From the NCBI GenBank assembly GCA_905178155.1, contig CAJINV010000019.1, forward strand, positions 750,475 through 814,474: 64,000 nucleotides of DNA. Direction: 5' to 3'. Positions 61,699-64,000 of this stretch are shown one piece after another. Both the position numbers and the translations under genes were made by a program. This DNA is from Amoebophrya sp. A120 (lineage: Eukaryota > Protista > Dinoflagellata). How positions within the stretch are numbered: the stretch's first letter is position 1; each line of letters starts with the position of its first letter. The notes beneath the pieces were generated by a model that did no database searches, was not told where the DNA came from, and saw only the letters and a program-made list of their open reading frames with translations.

Positions 61699-64000
61699 CT
61701 TCGATGTGGGGTGTTTTGGGAAGGTTTCTTAAGCGATTTTTCCTCTTGGAGTGTTCTAGCTGTAAAGCCGCGACGAACAAAACCTCCCGAAGGTGTGATT
61801 TGTTCTTGTTTATTGTCGAAAAAACGTCTGGTGCTGTTTTGTGGTTTTAGTAGTTGAATAAACAACGTGCGAGTTGCTGCGTTGCAAAGTGGTTTTGCGA
61901 GTAGTTAAGAGATTGGGGAGATTTTGTGGGAAGCAAACGAATTGCTCGTAGTTTTACTGCTGATTGCAGATTAAATGAGTTGACAATGGGTTTGTAGGGA
62001 GATACAAACGGGCTCACAATGTGGACGGAATAGTGGAGTGGTTTCAAATTCCCAACGATGAACAAGCTAGAGTACGTAGGTGGTAGTACGAGTTTTACGG
62101 TTACGCTCTTTGTGCTGTAGTACGACCTCACGTGAACGAACCGACACCAATATATTATAGTGAACGAGCACCACACGACTACAAGAACGCTCTCAACAGA
62201 GGACGACTTGAAACAGAGCATCGTGGTCAAGCTATTATTTTGCAATTTCCTCTTCAGCGGTACGAGCGCATCATTTTGCACTTTCGGCATCATCAGGACG
62301 AGTTACATTTTTGCGGTAGTTTAAAATGATGCTGTTCCAAAGTCATTCTACGAGACCGATAACGAGACAACGCCGTACACAACCGACTCATGCTTCTTGT
62401 TCGCCCAATTTGGAACTCTCAACGAACTGCACGACTCCTTTGATGTCTGTTGCCTCTACTTTACCTCGCTCGTCTTGTATCTTCAGAAGTGTCCGACGAG
62501 TCGACGAGTTTCTTATAGCAACATTTGCAACTGACGACGGCGCTTGATGTAATAATCGGCGTTACAGCTGCCGCTGGCGCGCATGTAACTACGAAGAGCG
62601 TCAGGAGGCATAGCCTGGAGGGATTTAAGCTTTCTTCAGCCTTGTTGATGATGTTGCTTCGCACATATACGAGATCGCGCACACGACGTGTGGAATGATG
62701 TGGAAGCACCACCTATGGTGGTAGCAACCGAAACACAAGCAAGCCCACCGCTGCGGCCGGGCCGCTAGTGTCAATGCAGAGCAGCGGGTCCTCCGAAGTG
62801 ATCAGGGGAGAGGCCCACGCGCCAACAAAATACACTCACCGGCAGGGCGCCCCGGCCAGCACGGGTAATACAGGGCCGCCGCGCCAAGGCTGTGGCGTGC
62901 GGCGCCAGATTAGAGCCGGCGGAGGGAGAACCAACAGCCTCCCCAAAAGGCTCCTGCGTTTCATCTTGGTTCGCTGGGCACCGCAGGCGCGGCGCCGCTC
63001 AGCAAACACAGGCGGCCAGGCGCCGCAAACTGCCCAGGCGCGGCCAAGATTGGCCCCCGTCCGCGAGCCACCGGCGGGAATCAGGGAGGCAACCGGCAGG
63101 GGCTTTGTTGGCTGCGTAAATGTGCGCCCTGGTTGCTTTTGCGTCGGCTCCACTGAAGCGCAGGCGGCCGAGGGCGCCCGCGTCCACCTTCAGCGCCAAT
63201 GCTTCGCCACGCTGCGAGGCTCGTCTGTTGGTGTAGTGGTCAAAAGTGGTGTCCGAACCCCATGAAGCCCTTCACGCCGACCCGCTGGGCTTCCGGCAGG
63301 TGCCTGTCCACCGAAGCCGCCGACTCGCTTTTTTCCGTCAACATCAGCGGCGCGCGAGGCAGCAGCCCGAGACACGTAGCCGCCCCCCACACCACAAACC
63401 GCGCCGGTTTTGCATCCTGCCTGCGCAAACAAGTGCAGCGGTGGCTCATATCGTGCCCTGTCCGACCGCAAAAACCTACGCGCAGTCACATCAGAGGATG
63501 GCAAACGTAAGTAGTAAAAGCCATTCGAAGTAGTCGTTGTAGTTTACTTACAGGAGCGAAAACTCCCTGCGTCGAGTAGATCAGCTTCACACCACTGCCG
63601 GAACGCGTACCAACTTCTCACAGCTCGCTGATAGTCTCTCGATGTCAAAACACGAAGAAGAGTGGTCAACAAGGACCGCTCGAGCTCGTCGCGCGTACTA
63701 CTGATACTACCTCAGGTTTCACTCAACATTCTGTAGGCAAGAAAGTGCACCAGCAGACTGGCACCCATCGCACGTCGCGCAATAGGTGGTGCGCACTTCA
63801 ATCGTGTTGCCCGCGCGGTTCCAACTTGATTTTTTTGTCCTTCATCTTCTTCATTCACAACTTCATCCAGCTTAACTGTCACATCTCAGCCATTCGGTCT
63901 TTTCAAAAAACTACTTCCGTCGTCATCCGGAGACGAAAATGGGTTCGTCTTGTTGCTTTTCTTGGAAATAGGTCTACTGTTCGTGCTATTCGACGAAGAG

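Noticed and set aside
1-64000. tRNA, rRNA or dinoflagellate spliced-leader sequence
   Set aside because: None recognised by eye; a covariance-model search would be needed to exclude them.

Overview
Eukaryotic, intron-rich genomic DNA. By inference it is a parasitic dinoflagellate such as Amoebophrya (Syndiniales). Every gene I can recognise is on the minus strand: a LamG-domain membrane protein, a LamG + GH47 alpha-1,2-mannosidase, a Ser-rich protein, an ADP-ribosylglycohydrolase, RagA/Gtr1, WDR92, a class B DnaJ, a Met/Lys-rich EF-hand protein, and a very large lineage-specific protein with a three-fold repeated domain. The dominant signal is at least 29 intact and about 4 decayed short (149-323 bp) non-autonomous elements from about 8 terminal-inverted-repeat (TIR) families. 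Each begins and ends with TA, is flanked by a 5-bp direct repeat and sits inside coding sequence. Deleting the element plus one 5-bp repeat restores the reading frame through conserved protein motifs, so they behave as non-GT-AG introner introns. Further structure: unrelated families share an internal TGTNATGC motif spaced 31-32 bp apart, elements occur in either orientation, they cluster in pairs around micro-exons, and one ordinary GT-AG intron still carries an introner core. A 3-kb repeat-rich, transposon-like island lies at 51.9-54.9 kb. All coordinates and alignments were read by eye; gene ends and some exon joins are approximate.
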